A DNA stretch of 64,000 nucleotides from assembly GCA_964188305.1 (NCBI GenBank), contig OZ076892.1. One strand, given 5' to 3'. This document shows, one piece after another, positions 1 to 10,974 of this stretch. This stretch comes from Podarcis bocagei (taxonomy: Eukaryota). The stretch's first letter is position 1. Every line of letters begins with the position of its first letter. The notes beneath the pieces were generated by a model. That model did no database searches. It worked only from the letters and a program-made list of their open reading frames with translations, and was not told the DNA's origin. The position numbers were made by a program, and so were the translations under genes.

Positions 1-397
1 AAGAGTCCAGGGCTTTGCCCAATAATTTGAGCTCTGACTGACCAAACTACACAAGATTATCAATAACACAAACACAGAAACAGATGCCAAGCTGGTGCTG
101 GAGAAGCACCTTACTACTCAAAAGGAAAGAATTTAAGCCTCAGGAAGCAGGACACTGAGTGGAGAAGAGAATGAAATGCAGAAAATTGAAGAGCTGGAGG
201 GAGCTTTATAAGCTGTTTAATCCAAACCCGATTGATGTTGGAAATCCAGAGAGCAGGAGCATCCCCTAGAGAGAGATGGCTGTCTAGCCCCTGTTGGAAG
301 ACACCCGAGACAAGGGAGTGCCCACCCCTGCAGGTAATTGATCCAATTGTCAAACTGCACTACCTCAATAAGCTTCTCCTAATGTGCATGTGAAATA

Positions 398-732
398 CAG
401 TGGTACCTCGCAAGACGAATGCCTCGCAAGACGGAAAACGAAAGGGTTTTTTTGTTTTTTGAGCTGCTTCGCAAGACGATTTTCCCTATGCGCTTGCTTT
501 GCAAGACGGAAACGTCTTGCAAGTTTGTTTCCGTTTTCTTAACACCGTTAATACAGTTGTGACTTGACTTCGAGGAGCAACTCATAGCACGCGGTGTGGT
601 AGCCTTTTTTGACTTTGGTGATTTTTGAAGCTTTTCCAAAACTTTTCCGACACCATGCTTCTCAAGACGAACAAAATCGCAAGACGGCAAAACTTGCGGA
701 ACGAATTAATTTCGTCTTGCGAGGCACCACTG
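398..732. mobile_element. Non-autonomous Tc1/mariner (Tigger/pogo-like) MITE
   Basis: TIRs CAGTGGTACCTCGCAAGACGAA ... TTCGTCTTGCGAGGCACCACTG flanked by TA (396-397, 733-734); same TIRs at 45049-45470. Confidence 0.85.
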
Positions 733-1420
733 TAAACCCTCCTGTCAAAGTGTATATACCAAAATTACTAGTTATTACAGATATCAAATGATGTATAGTA
801 AAGTGCATTGCTTAGATTGGTGACCAAAAGTAAAAGGTATTTTGTATTAATAACAATTAGAATTTATAGGAATTTATAGGAAAGGGAGGCAGGGGAGGTG
901 AAAAATTAAAATATGTACTTAATGCACACCAGACTGTGCTGTTAATTAGTTGTACCATATGCCTCATTATTTGTGTAATCAATAAAGTCATACCATACTG
1001 ATAAAAAATTGTTGTGCTTCTTTTGGCCTCTTGCTACTTCAATTTTTGTGTCAATTTTTCCAATAATGCTGTTTGTTAAATTGCATTATACCATTGGTCC
1101 ATAGTTAATAATTGCAATGATTTTCATGTCCTGGCAATAGTTGTTCTTGCAGCAGTTAATGGATGTGTTATGAGTTCTTTGTTTCTAATTTGCAAAATAT
1201 TGTGACTATACAAGCTAAGTACACCCAGTCCTGGGGTGATGTGGACTGTCTGCCTTGCAATAAAATATATTTATTTAAATACATTTTCCCAGAATTCCCC
1301 CCACCCCCAGTAATCCATTCTATTAACATCATTTGGGGTTTTATCACTGCCTTCTGAGAAGCTGGCTAGCTTTCTGGTTTTGCATCATCTATAGATGTGG
1401 TAAAATATTCCTTATTGAAA

Positions 1421-1632
1421 TATACAAAAAAAATTGTCCAGTAGCACCTTAGAAACCAGCTAAGTTTGTTCTTGGTATAAGCTTTTGTGTGCATGCACAC
1501 TTCTTCAGATACTTCAGATGCACATGAAAGCTTATACCAAGAACAAACTTAGTTGGTCTCTAAAGTGCTACTGGACAATTTTTTTTATATATTTTGACTG
1601 CGTCAGACCAACACGGCTACTTACCTGGATCT
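1421..1632. mobile_element. Penelope-like element pLTR fragment in inverted (head-to-head) arrangement
   Basis: Inverted arms ~1421-1494 and ~1518-1590; GAAAGCTTATACCAAGAACAAACTTAGTTGGTCTCTAAAGTGCTACTGGAC resembles reptile Penelope pLTRs. Confidence 0.7.
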
Positions 1633-1756
1633 ACACCCCTTATTGTTCTAAATCATCAGGTGCTATTCCTTCCTCTAAGGGATGTTCTCTTGCTAGCACA
1701 AGACTTCGTTACCACATTTTCAAACTGCCCCTCTCTGGGATACTAGGGGCACCTAC

Positions 1757-1948
1757 CGCCAATTGAGTCCCAGTTCGATCAGCCACCATGCTCCAGATAG
1801 GACCTCCAAAAGCATCCAACGAATATTTGACATTCAGCTTCTCCAAGTTGTATTCAACAATTTCCCCACTGAGACCTGCACCAAAGAGCCGGTCTTCTGC
1901 TGCCCAGTAGAGCGCCTCTGGGATCCTCGTATTGTGGCCAGCAATGAC
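1757..1948 (-). CDS. UTP4: UTP4 (CIRH1A, U3 snoRNA-associated protein 4) coding exon 2
   Basis: 192 nt, AG at 1950-1949, GT at 1756-1755; VIAGHNTRIPEALYWAAEDRLFGAGLSGEIVEYNLEKLNVKYSLDAFGGPIWSM...QLA matches the UTP4 WD40 region; gene continues off the left edge. Confidence 0.93.
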
Positions 1949-2519
1949 CTGGAGAGATAAGTCATAGGTAAGGGGAAGGTGCAGGACCCCTAAACCAAGA
2001 GGCAATCCTGAACAGTTTTCTGGTTTAAGGAAAGGTGTTTCTTGTAGGCTTTGGGTGTCAATGGCCTCCTTTTAACACACATACACAAACTTTAGCTGGG
2101 AGGAATCACACAAAGGATGAACCTGTGCTGGGCTCAGACTGGAGAACTTTGCAGCCAGAAACCCCAAACACTGATACACCTCCTGATTACAGAAGTAAAG
2201 TAGAGAGGGGCTTGGTGAGTCACCTGTGCCACCCACCCTCTTGCCCCAAAGAATGCCCAGCAAATAGCTGTTTAGGCAGGGCATCCCCCAGGGAAACAAT
2301 TCTTTGGGGCTCCAATTCCCAGCCTCAGCGGAGCCAAAGGGCTCTCTGTCACTGTGAGCTCAGCTGTGTCTGGATAAGCTAGTATTACTTCACGGAGGAA
2401 AGAACTAGCTTGTGGAACTCAAGGCCACAAGATCTGGGGTCAGACAATGGCTAAGATGCCATTAAAACCTCACAGAGGTGGAGACCTGTCAAATAGGTGC
2501 CAGGTGGAGCCCTCATGTG

Positions 2520-3200
2520 CACGGGCAGTCTACCCCGGGAGCCAGAGTCACCTTCTCCTGGAACATGTTGGCCTGCAGGTCGTAGATCTCGAGGGAGCCG
2601 TCGAGGCGGCCCACGGCCAGGCGGTGGTGAGAAGGGCGGGACGCAGCCACGCACCGGATCCCGGACGGCACAAAGGCGAAGAGCCGTGCGCGGTGCACCT
2701 CGAACTCGACCATGGCAGGCAGGGAATAGCACCGGTCGAGCGTCCGGAGAGCGCGGAGACAGAGCGAAGCGAGCCCGGTTTCCACGTGCGCGCCGCCCCT
2801 CTAAGCCCGGAAGCGGAAGTCATCTAGGGGCGAAGGGCGGGATTTCCGGGGCTTCGGCGAGGCGGGAGGTTCAGGAGATTCTGAGTGAGGTGCGTGGCGG
2901 ACCTGGCGGGGGGGAAGCAAGAAAGAAAAGCGGCGAGCGCGCTCTTGAGCACGTGCAGAGTGCCGCTCCAACAGAGGCGCCGGGGCGCGGAGTTTCTGGA
3001 TCCCCCGGCGTCCAGGGATGAGGGTGACTCTGAGCGCGTGCAGAGTTCCTGTCCTTTGAACAGGCGCAGGGAAGCGGCTCGCCCTATTTGCTGGATGCTG
3101 CGGCTGCGTCAGTTTGCTCGCCTGAGGCTACCGTACTGGCCACCACCCTCGGCATCGCAGGGCCAGGAAGAGGGGAGCCCGCGGGCGAGTCTTCGTAGGA
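2520..3200. promoter_or_regulatory. CpG island / bidirectional promoter of UTP4 and CHTF8
   Basis: CpG-dense; tandem ETS/GABPA motif CCGGAAGCGGAAGT (2807-2820), CACGTG E-boxes (2783, 2950), GC box (2835); divergent ATGs at 2713 and 3368. Confidence 0.8.
2552..2713 (-). CDS. UTP4: UTP4 first coding exon
   Basis: Kozak GCCATGG; MVEFEVHRARLFAFVPSGIRCVAA...RLAVGRLDGSLEIYDLQANMFQEK matches the UTP4 N-terminus; donor GTGACT at 2551. Confidence 0.93.
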
Positions 3201-3367
3201 AAGGGGGATCTCTGCCCGAGGTTGGCACTGCTGGGGGTGGGGGACTGCCCCTTAGCTGCCTCTGGGCCGGTAGCCCCACTGGGATGAACGAGGGAGAATT
3301 GGGTCTTGCCCGTTCTCACCCCGCCTCCAAACCCCTTTTCTCCTTGTTGCAGAGGAACCGTGGGACG

Positions 3368-3390
3368 ATGGTGCAGCTGGTCGTGTCCCG
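3368..3390 (+). CDS. CHTF8: CHTF8 first coding exon (MVQLVVS-R)
   Basis: Acceptor ttgcAG at 3351-3352, ATG 3368, donor GTGAGT at 3391; 23 coding nt, similar to mammalian MVQIVISS. Confidence 0.9.
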
Positions 3391-3492
3391 GTGAGTCTGC
3401 ACTGGCTTCTAGTGGGGATGGTTCGGGAATGATCTCTTTGCTACACCTCGTGACCTATAACAGCTCTTCCCTTCCTCGTCTTTTCCTTGCAG

Positions 3493-3610
3493 GGATGGGG
3501 TTGGAGGTCTGGCGGAGTGGGTGCTGATGGAGCTCCAAGGCGAGCTGGAATCGCGATCTGGGGCTGGCCTGGCAGGGAGGCTCCTGGGGGACCTACATTA
3601 CACCAAAGAG
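3493..3610 (+). CDS. CHTF8: CHTF8 second coding exon
   Basis: 118 nt, AG/GT flanked; [39 protein letters not shown], Ctf8 signature WVLMELQG. Confidence 0.93.
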
Positions 3611-3729
3611 GTGAGGGACTAGCCAGGTGCTTGCGGATGTGGGGGAAGTTCTTGGTTGAGGCTAGCTTCCTTCCATACTACTCTCTCTGCAAGGCTTGAG
3701 TGCCCCCACTGTCTGATCTCTTCCTCTAG

Positions 3730-3942
3730 GGAGTCCCCGTGCTCATCGTGGGGCACCACATCCTGTATGGTAAAGTTGTGCGTCTAGAGAAGCCCTTTGC
3801 CGTCCTGACCAAGCAAGCAGTGGCTGGAAGCGAGGCGAGCTTGGGACCAGGCCACTACTCAGTCACCGCCCTCATAAAGAAGAAGCTGCTCTTCAAAACC
3901 CGCCCCAAGCCCATCATCACCAATGTGGCCAAGAAAGCGTGA
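3730..3942 (+). CDS. CHTF8: CHTF8 last coding exon (protein 117 aa)
   Basis: [26 protein letters not shown]...[25 protein letters not shown], Ctf8 family C-terminus. Confidence 0.95.
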   Translation, partial: GVPVLIVGHHILYGKVVRLEKPFAVLTKQAVAGSEASLGPGHYSVTALIKKKLLFKTRPKPIITNVAKKA

Positions 3943-4544
3943 GGATGCTGCAGCCCACGTCCAAGCACACTGGTGCCTCGTTCACATGGAGGAAGGTCTG
4001 CCTACTTCCTTGCAGAGTGCTGGGGACTGTGCCAAAAGGGACAAATCCTGTCCACTTAGCCAGCTTGTTGGAATTCAGTGCTTTCCGTTCCGGGTTATGC
4101 AATCTGTTGTGTGAACCCAGCCCTTGGGAGAACTGCCTCAGCACTCTTGGAGACCATAGCATTGTGCTTTTTGCCTCTTGGGTTCCTGGGGTGGGGAGCT
4201 CAGCTGTTGCTAAAGTGCCTTTTGAGAAAGGCGGCTCTCTTTTTCAGACTCTAGGAGATTATTAGGTTCTGATCTACCTTTATTTTATGTCTCTAGGACA
4301 TTTTGGGGGAGGGGGTGACTATTGAATTCCAGTTCTTTGGGGAGGTCTTGTTGGCAAATAGGAATTCAGAATGGCTGAAAGGGAAATCAGGCTGAAATTT
4401 CCTGCAGATTTCAGCTAGCTTAGACCTGGTTCTTTGCCCCTGCCAGTGTCTTCCTCCCACCCCACTCAGATTGTGTGCATGTTGGTGAAGGGAGGGGATG
4501 GGCAGAAAAAGTCCCAAATATACTCTAGACCATATTGTTTGCAA

Positions 4545-7500
4545 GGTATTTTTTATCGTAACAAATGCATCATAGTAAAAAAAACCAAACAACCTTTATA
4601 AAAAATATGAAAATGCAGGTAAAAAATAAATAAGTTTACAAACAACTTTAAGCAATCAACTAGTGTTTGTTACCAAAGAGTACAAAAAATTCTACAAATT
4701 TCATTTTAAATAAGAGAAACCCAAACGGAGTAACATAGAAAAGGGGATGCAGCCCAGAGCAGGGAATTGAGGGGGAGCAAAGCCTGGCACCCTACCCACC
4801 CATCCCTCCACTCTCATGCCTGGGACCAGCGCAGGCCACAGAGAACAGCACGGGCAAAAAGCAGCATTTCCAGACATTCGCAGTTAGGAAGGATGCACAG
4901 CTGGAAAGAGGGACTTGAGGAAGCTCTCCATCTTTTGCCACAGTGTTTCTTGGGAGCAGCCTTTAAAGGCTGTCAGATACTCATGTACTCTCAACGCTGA
5001 TCAGCCCTGTCCATACAACAGTTTGATTTGGCAGCTCTTTGCAGGGAGGCATCTGCCTTAAGCAGGTTACAGAGCAAGCAGTTACTGTTTCACATGGCTC
5101 CCCCCAACAGGGCAGCCTTTTGAAAAGCAGGCTCTAGTGTGGGCTGCAAGCTCTCCTAGCCTGCAAAGCAGCCATTCTTTCTTGCCAGGGAGTACCATAC
5201 GCTCCCCCAGCCACCCAAAGAATTGCTTAGAACCATTCTTTTTCAAGCTGGTTGGGGCCCCTGGGAAACAGCTCGGCAATCAGCCCTTAGGGTGTGAGGT
5301 TATGCTGAATCCAGAGCAAGTGGGGTGGGAACCAGCCCTTTCTGGTGGCAGTAGTGGAAGGAGACATCTATCCCAGCTTCGTTTATGCAGTCAGTCCCCA
5401 GCATAGGAAAGTTCTTCACTAGTATGTGCCTAGATAAAGGGAGCTTGCAGCCCAAGAGCCATTATTGCTTTCTTAGATGGCAGTGCAGACTCCATCTGCC
5501 TTCCAGAGGTGGCAGGACAGAACCGGCACTGATGCCACTTTAATCTTCCTCCCAGCCACATGAGCCCACTGCTTCCCTGTCTCATATTAGGGGCTTGTTT
5601 TTCTTGTTCCTGTCAATTCACGTGAAGCAACATGGCAGGAGAGGCAGGAATTTCCAGGTACAACCTCGGATAGCATTCAGGACCTTGTGTGGGATGGGCA
5701 GAAAGAAAGCGGCAGAGATAGAACCTGGAATTGGGGCAGTGGAACCCCTAGCAGCAGCAGCAGGACAAAGTCAGACTCAGCTTACTGGCCTGAGGCAGAA
5801 AGTAGTACAGGAAGATGGGCACTGGTAAGGCTCCTGAACAGCACCAAAGCCAAAAGATAGATCAGGTGCCCTCTGTTCTTAGGAGGTGGCATGGTCATAG
5901 CACAGAATATTATTTTGGTACAGAAGTCTCTTGTGGAATCCTGAGAAGTTGCTTGGTTTTGTAAAAATCAGGTGTCTAGCCTCATTGCTGATGGGCAAGT
6001 TTTGTATTTGGAGAAACAAAAATCCAATACACTAAAAGACTGTGTGCCCACCTCCCTCATACCCCCCCCCCCAAGCATATCTGGAGTGAAAGCATCCAGG
6101 TTACTTTTGCATCCCAGGGATTATTCAGCTCCCTTACATAGCAAGGAAAACAAAAGTTGATGGAGCCTGTCCAGTGTGTGTATGTGTGGTACACACACAC
6201 ATATACACAACACCCTCTTTAGTTTAGAGGTGAAAGGTAATAATAAATATACATCTGCTCTAATCAGAAAGTTTCTTCACTCTGCTCCTTGTCCACCAAT
6301 TGGATTCACAATGCCTGTGGGGACCGGAAAGTTGTGTGGCCAATGTCAGCCAGTCTTCAGCATACAGGACCTTCTAGTGCTTCTCTTGAGAAGCAAGAAA
6401 GAGCCAACTTTGGAATACAGCTGCTCTAAGCAAATTCAGCAGCAACATGTCTTAATTTTTTCCAAGCTAACAAATTTTTGTAAATCAAGGTCCACACAAA
6501 TATGTCTAAACATAAATGTGCCTGCCTTATTTGGCATCTGTTTTATAACTCTGTTGAATTTAGAACCCCCTTTTTTTTCAAGAAGCAGAGTGGAGGCCGA
6601 AGGAACAATACAAGTAAGCTACTAAAGAAGCATTCCTACTCAAAACACCTGAGATGTTTTGCAAATATTGCTTATACATTTTAAGAACTTTTTGTAAAAA
6701 TACGAATTGTAGAAACTTGGTTTGTTTTCTTTTAGCCATAAAAAGGAGGGAATCTCAGATTTTTCAGACCTCCACATTCTGCACGAATGGAATTGAAGAA
6801 AATCTGTGCCTTTGCCTATGCTGGAAGCATGTAGATGACAGTGGATTTACTATAGCAAGTGCCTAAGCACTTTGTTCCCATGCTGACCTGCTAGCTTAGG
6901 AACAGGCAAGGAACAACTGGTGAGCACTTCCATCTCAGCAATGTGAGTTTGGCATAAAAGCTGCCCAGAGCTTGTTGCCAGCTGAAGCTGGGACACCCCC
7001 TCCCCCTCTCTTTCAACACAGGCAGCTTCTTGCCAGAGACTGGAATGAGTTTTAAGGGCTGGGCAGAGATGCAGATTGTGAATCTAGAAATGGCTTTTAG
7101 ACTGGGTGGCAGTGGCCTCCCAAAAGCAGCACCACTGTCCTCAGTTTCTCCCCCTTTTCTGAGTTGGAAGTGTAACGTGGCCATGTTGGCAGAGCACCAG
7201 GGGGAGAGGAAGTCTGTAGGAGAAGCACCAGAAAGTTAGGAGGCCCAGGCTAAGCAGAGGCCAAGAGAGAGAGGCTGGTCCAAAGGAAGATCTCCAGACA
7301 GGCAGCTCTGTTCACAGCATTAAAGTATTTTAACACCCCTACCCAAGCATAACAAAATATGGTCTAGAAGACTGGTCTTCAACTGGTGGGTCATGGCCTG
7401 CTCTAGGATTGGTCGGGCACTACTACCATGCAAATATCGTGGAAGGTTAAGCAACAGATCTCTACATGCATGCTTTGGTTAAAAGTGGGTCCTGGGACTG

Positions 7501-8654
7501 AAAAGGTCCAAAAAGGTTGAAGATACCTGGTCTACGGCAGCCTTCCCCAAGCAGATGTTGTTGGACTCCCAGCTCATACCAGCTCCAGCCAGCAATGTCA
7601 GGTATGACAGCAGTTAGAGTTCAATAACTGGTCAGGGAACTGGGAGTCCCTACAGCATCTGTAGGGCCACTTGCATGATCCGTGGTCCTGGACTAAAGAG
7701 GGAGGTAGCAATAGGTGGTCCACCCCCAAAACTCCAGAAGGAACTGAAGACATTTGACCAATCCAGTTTGCAACCTGTTTTATCGAATTCACAGTAGCTG
7801 TGGCTCATGCTGTATTGGGCCAATCTGGGAGCTTTCAAGTATTTTGCGTTTGTTTAGAAATGGGCAGCCTAGTCATTTGATGTATTCTTTGGGCAACAGC
7901 ATGTTCCCGCTATGGCCCAAATGTGGTTTTTTTCTACTGCCAACTTTTCCTTCTCAGTAAATCTCCCTCCAGTCCTGCAGCTGCAGTGATTACGAGCAGA
8001 AGGGAGCCCCTCTTGGAAGGAGCACATGTTCTGCCCTGTCACCCCACCTCCTGTGGGGCCTCTGCCTAGAAAGCGACCCCTTGATGTCAGTGGCTCAAGT
8101 CCCACTTGCTTCTCCCATGAACAGAGAATAACCCTTACAAACTCCTTAAAGCTCTTCCTAGGGAAGATCAAAAACCTATTGATGGTCTCTTCGCTGGGCA
8201 CAGAAGGGCCCCTTCTTTAACAGATCTCCACAAGGAAGTTATTATTTCTCCCTGTAAAAACTGCACCCCCATCAGCTGCAATGACTCTTGTACCCTGAAC
8301 CGGCTACAGCTGTCGTCCCTGCCACATTGGTGCTATTCTGGGGAGAGGCAGTGTCATTTGCATAGAACGACAGGGACACCTGGTGGTGGAAACTTTTCCC
8401 AGGAGCTGTTGAGCTTTCTGCAGGGGCAGGATCCGGAAGCCTACCAAGCAGGATCCGTTCTGTGAGGCTCCGGCTTCCTTCCCCAGTGATGCACTCCTGA
8501 ATCTGCCAATTTGCTTCCGGGATGGACATTTCAAAACTGGATCAGGTCCTGAGCAGGGTGGAGGGCCAGCCCTCCTGAAGCCCCACAACTATGTGGGGAA
8601 ACGCTGCCAGTCCTTTGCCATTATTGCACTCCCCACCCCCCACCCTCTTCCTCA
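4545..8654 (-). other. HAS3: Putative long HAS3 3' UTR
   Basis: Follows the HAS3 stop; U-rich end with TTATTTATT ARE near 4625-4633; miR-29 and miR-26 seed sites; exact end unknown. Confidence 0.5.
4625..4630 (+). terminator. Candidate poly(A) signal of CHTF8
   Basis: First canonical AATAAA seen downstream of the CHTF8 stop. Confidence 0.45.
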
Positions 8655-9578
8655 TCACACCTCCGCAAACGCCAAGCTGTACTCCTCCTGGGGCTTGCTG
8701 CAGCGCCGGGCCACGATTGCCAGGTAAAGGGTGAGCAGCGCCACCCAGTAGCAGGCATAGAGGATGGCTCCCGAGATGAGGAAGACCAGTTCTGTGTCTG
8801 TGAAGAGGTCCTGGTGGTAGGCAGTGTAGGCCAGCCCCCCCAGCAGCACTGCCACCCAGACGGAGACTGGGATGAGGCCAATGAAGTTGACCACGATGGT
8901 CTTGCGGCCGGAAGTGCCCCAGCCGGACTTGGTGATGGTGGCGATGGCGAACATCTTGGCCGGCAGGAGGCTGGACATGTACAGCAGGGAGTAGAGGGAC
9001 ATGAAGATCATCTCGACGTTGCCGCGCAGGAAGCAGGCGTAGGTGGCCTTGATGACGCCCACCAGCTGCACCGTCAGAAGGAAGAGGAGGATGTTCCAGA
9101 CGCGCCCGCGGTAAAAGAGCTGGATGACGGTGGCGATGAGGAAGAAAGGGAAGAAGCCCGTCACCACCGACTCGTAGGTCATCCACAGGTGATGCTTGTG
9201 GAACCACAGGGCGTTGTAGAGCCACTCCCGGAAGTAGGACTTGCTCCAGCGCGTCTGCTGGTTGAGCCAGCGGAGGTACCTGGTGGGCGTCTCGGTCAGG
9301 CACTTGGAGCGGGCCGTGTACTTAGTCCGGTAGCCCAGGCTCAGGACCCGGTTGGTGAGGTGGCGGTCGTCCCCAAAGCTGCACTTGCTGCCCAGGAACG
9401 TCTGGTTGTACCAGTCCTCCAGGAACTGCTGCAGCAGGGCATTGCGGTACATGCCCAAGGGGCCGCTGATGCACTGGACGCAGCCAAAGTAGGACTGGCA
9501 GGCCCGCTCCACGTTGAAGGCCATCCAGTAGCGCACGCTGCTCAGGAAGGAGATCCACGAGTCGTACTTGTTCAGGAT
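8655..9578 (-). CDS. HAS3: HAS3 last coding exon
   Basis: Acceptor ccccAG at 9580-9579; [34 protein letters not shown]...GDDRHLTN...QQTRW (GT2 QxxRW), TM helices, C-terminus YSLAFAEV typical of HAS3. Confidence 0.97.
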   Translation of the reverse strand: MLNKYDSWISFLSSVRYWMAFNVERACQSYFGCVQCISGPLGMYRNALLQQFLEDWYNQTFLGSKCSFGDDRHLTNRVLSLGYRTKYTARSKCLTETPTRYLRWLNQQTRWSKSYFREWLYNALWFHKHHLWMTYESVVTGFFPFFLIATVIQLFYRGRVWNILLFLLTVQLVGVIKATYACFLRGNVEMIFMSLYSLLYMSSLLPAKMFAIATITKSGWGTSGRKTIVVNFIGLIPVSVWVAVLLGGLAYTAYHQDLFTDTELVFLISGAILYACYWVALLTLYLAIVARRCSKPQEEYSLAFAEV

Positions 9579-9719
9579 CTGGGGGGAAGAGGCAACACTG
9601 AGTCATGGGCCCTCCACAACCCTCCCTCCAATGGACAGGTTGGCTCCTGTACCAGTTTTCTTTACCCACAGATGTGTATCAAGCTGACCTGTGGCTGACC
9701 CCAATTATTGAGGGACAGA

Positions 9720-9846
9720 AGGCCTCTTCTTCCAGCTGTTTTGGACTACAACTTCCATGCACCCCATCCAGCAAGCTGCAGGACACTGAGCCTGATGGGA
9801 GTTGTAGTTCAAAACAGCTGGAAGAGGACCAACTCTGGGAAGGCTG
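9720..9846. mobile_element. Palindromic hAT-type MITE
   Basis: TTCCAGCTGTTTTGGACTACAACTTCCAT ... ATGGGAGTTGTAGTTCAAAACAGCTGGAA hairpin; many related copies in the window. Confidence 0.7.
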
Positions 9847-9919
9847 CCCGAAGGAGCCATCCCCATGAGCGTTATCTGAGCCAAACACTCTGCATGGCCA
9901 TGTGCTCTCAGGTCCACAC

Positions 9920-10021
9920 CTGGACATCCCCGCCAACTCCACCGACACGAGGATCCTCCTCCATGACGCGCAGCATCTCCACTGTGCAGGCTGGATCGAG
10001 GACTGTGTCAGAGTCACACAC
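9920..10021 (-). CDS. HAS3: HAS3 middle coding exon
   Basis: 102 nt, AG/GT; [34 protein letters not shown] with the DxD motif. Confidence 0.96.
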
Positions 10022-10374
10022 CTGCCAGGGAAAGAAAGACACCCTGTCAGGACACCCTTATCTGTCCCTTCCCTTATGGAATGTTCACACAAATGGGGGC
10101 TTCTTTTTGACAAATATTACACTGTTTGTATGGGGAGAGAAAGCGTACGTATGGACGTTTCTTTCAAGTGGAATGCACGCCCACCTCCTTCAGAACAATT
10201 TTGCATGTTGCCCTGGGGGACCCTGTTCCACACCTTCCCAGGGAGTAAAGCGCTCTTTTGTATTCTGGCATGTAGGGCGGAGGAGAACGGCAACTTTCCC
10301 AAAGCTCCAATGAGAGGTGAGCCAGGGGAGGAGAATGAGGAATGCACTCAGATCTCTGTGCCTGTGCATATTGA

Positions 10375-10470
10375 GTGTGTGTATGTATACATATTTGTGT
10401 GTGTGTGTACATATACACACACATACACACACTTGTACATACATACACATAGTATGTGTTTGTATAACTG
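10375..10470. repeat. Degenerate (TG)/(CA) microsatellite
   Basis: gtgtgtgtatgtatacatatttgtgtgtgtgtgtacatatacacacac... Confidence 0.7.
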
Positions 10471-10822
10471 ATACAGTCATTGGAATATTGGTTCTATTAT
10501 GGTTAATCTCAGAATTTTATGTGAGTTTGCACTTAATGTATATTATCATTAGCCTGCATCACCCTGAGAAAGCAATTAATTAGTTTAACTAATGATAATA
10601 ATAAATATATTAGTGTAAGTGAATGATAGAGAAGTGACACAAACTCTCCTGGACACTTCTTCATGTGAACACAGACCGAAAGTGGCAGGGAGGAGGATGT
10701 CACACCAGGCACAGACGAGAGAGGGAGCTGGTCTCCACTGCCAAACAGGCATTGTAAGGTCCCCAAGCAGATGAAGGCAGAAGAATCACAGGGCATTTGT
10801 ATCCAAGAGCATGTATGGTGAA

Positions 10823-10974
10823 GGGCTTTAGCTTAGTGGCAGAGCACCTGCTTTGCATGCAGAAGGTTCAATCCCCAAGGGCATCTCCTGGTCCCCTACC
10901 TGAAACGCTGGACATGTATGATAATAGTGAACTAGATGGACCAGGGGTCTTGACTGTATAAGGTAGCGTCCTAT
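10823..10974 (+). mobile_element. tRNA-Ala-derived SINE (Squam2-like)
   Basis: TAGCTTAGTGGCAGAGCACCTGCTTTGCATGCAGAAGG head; CTAGATGGACC...GTATAAGG tail. Confidence 0.75.

Noticed and set aside
8814-9698. 294-aa + strand ORF and 253-aa alternate-frame ORF (8542-9303) over the HAS3 last exon
   Set aside because: Shadow ORFs expected from the very high GC3 of HAS3; no recognisable protein
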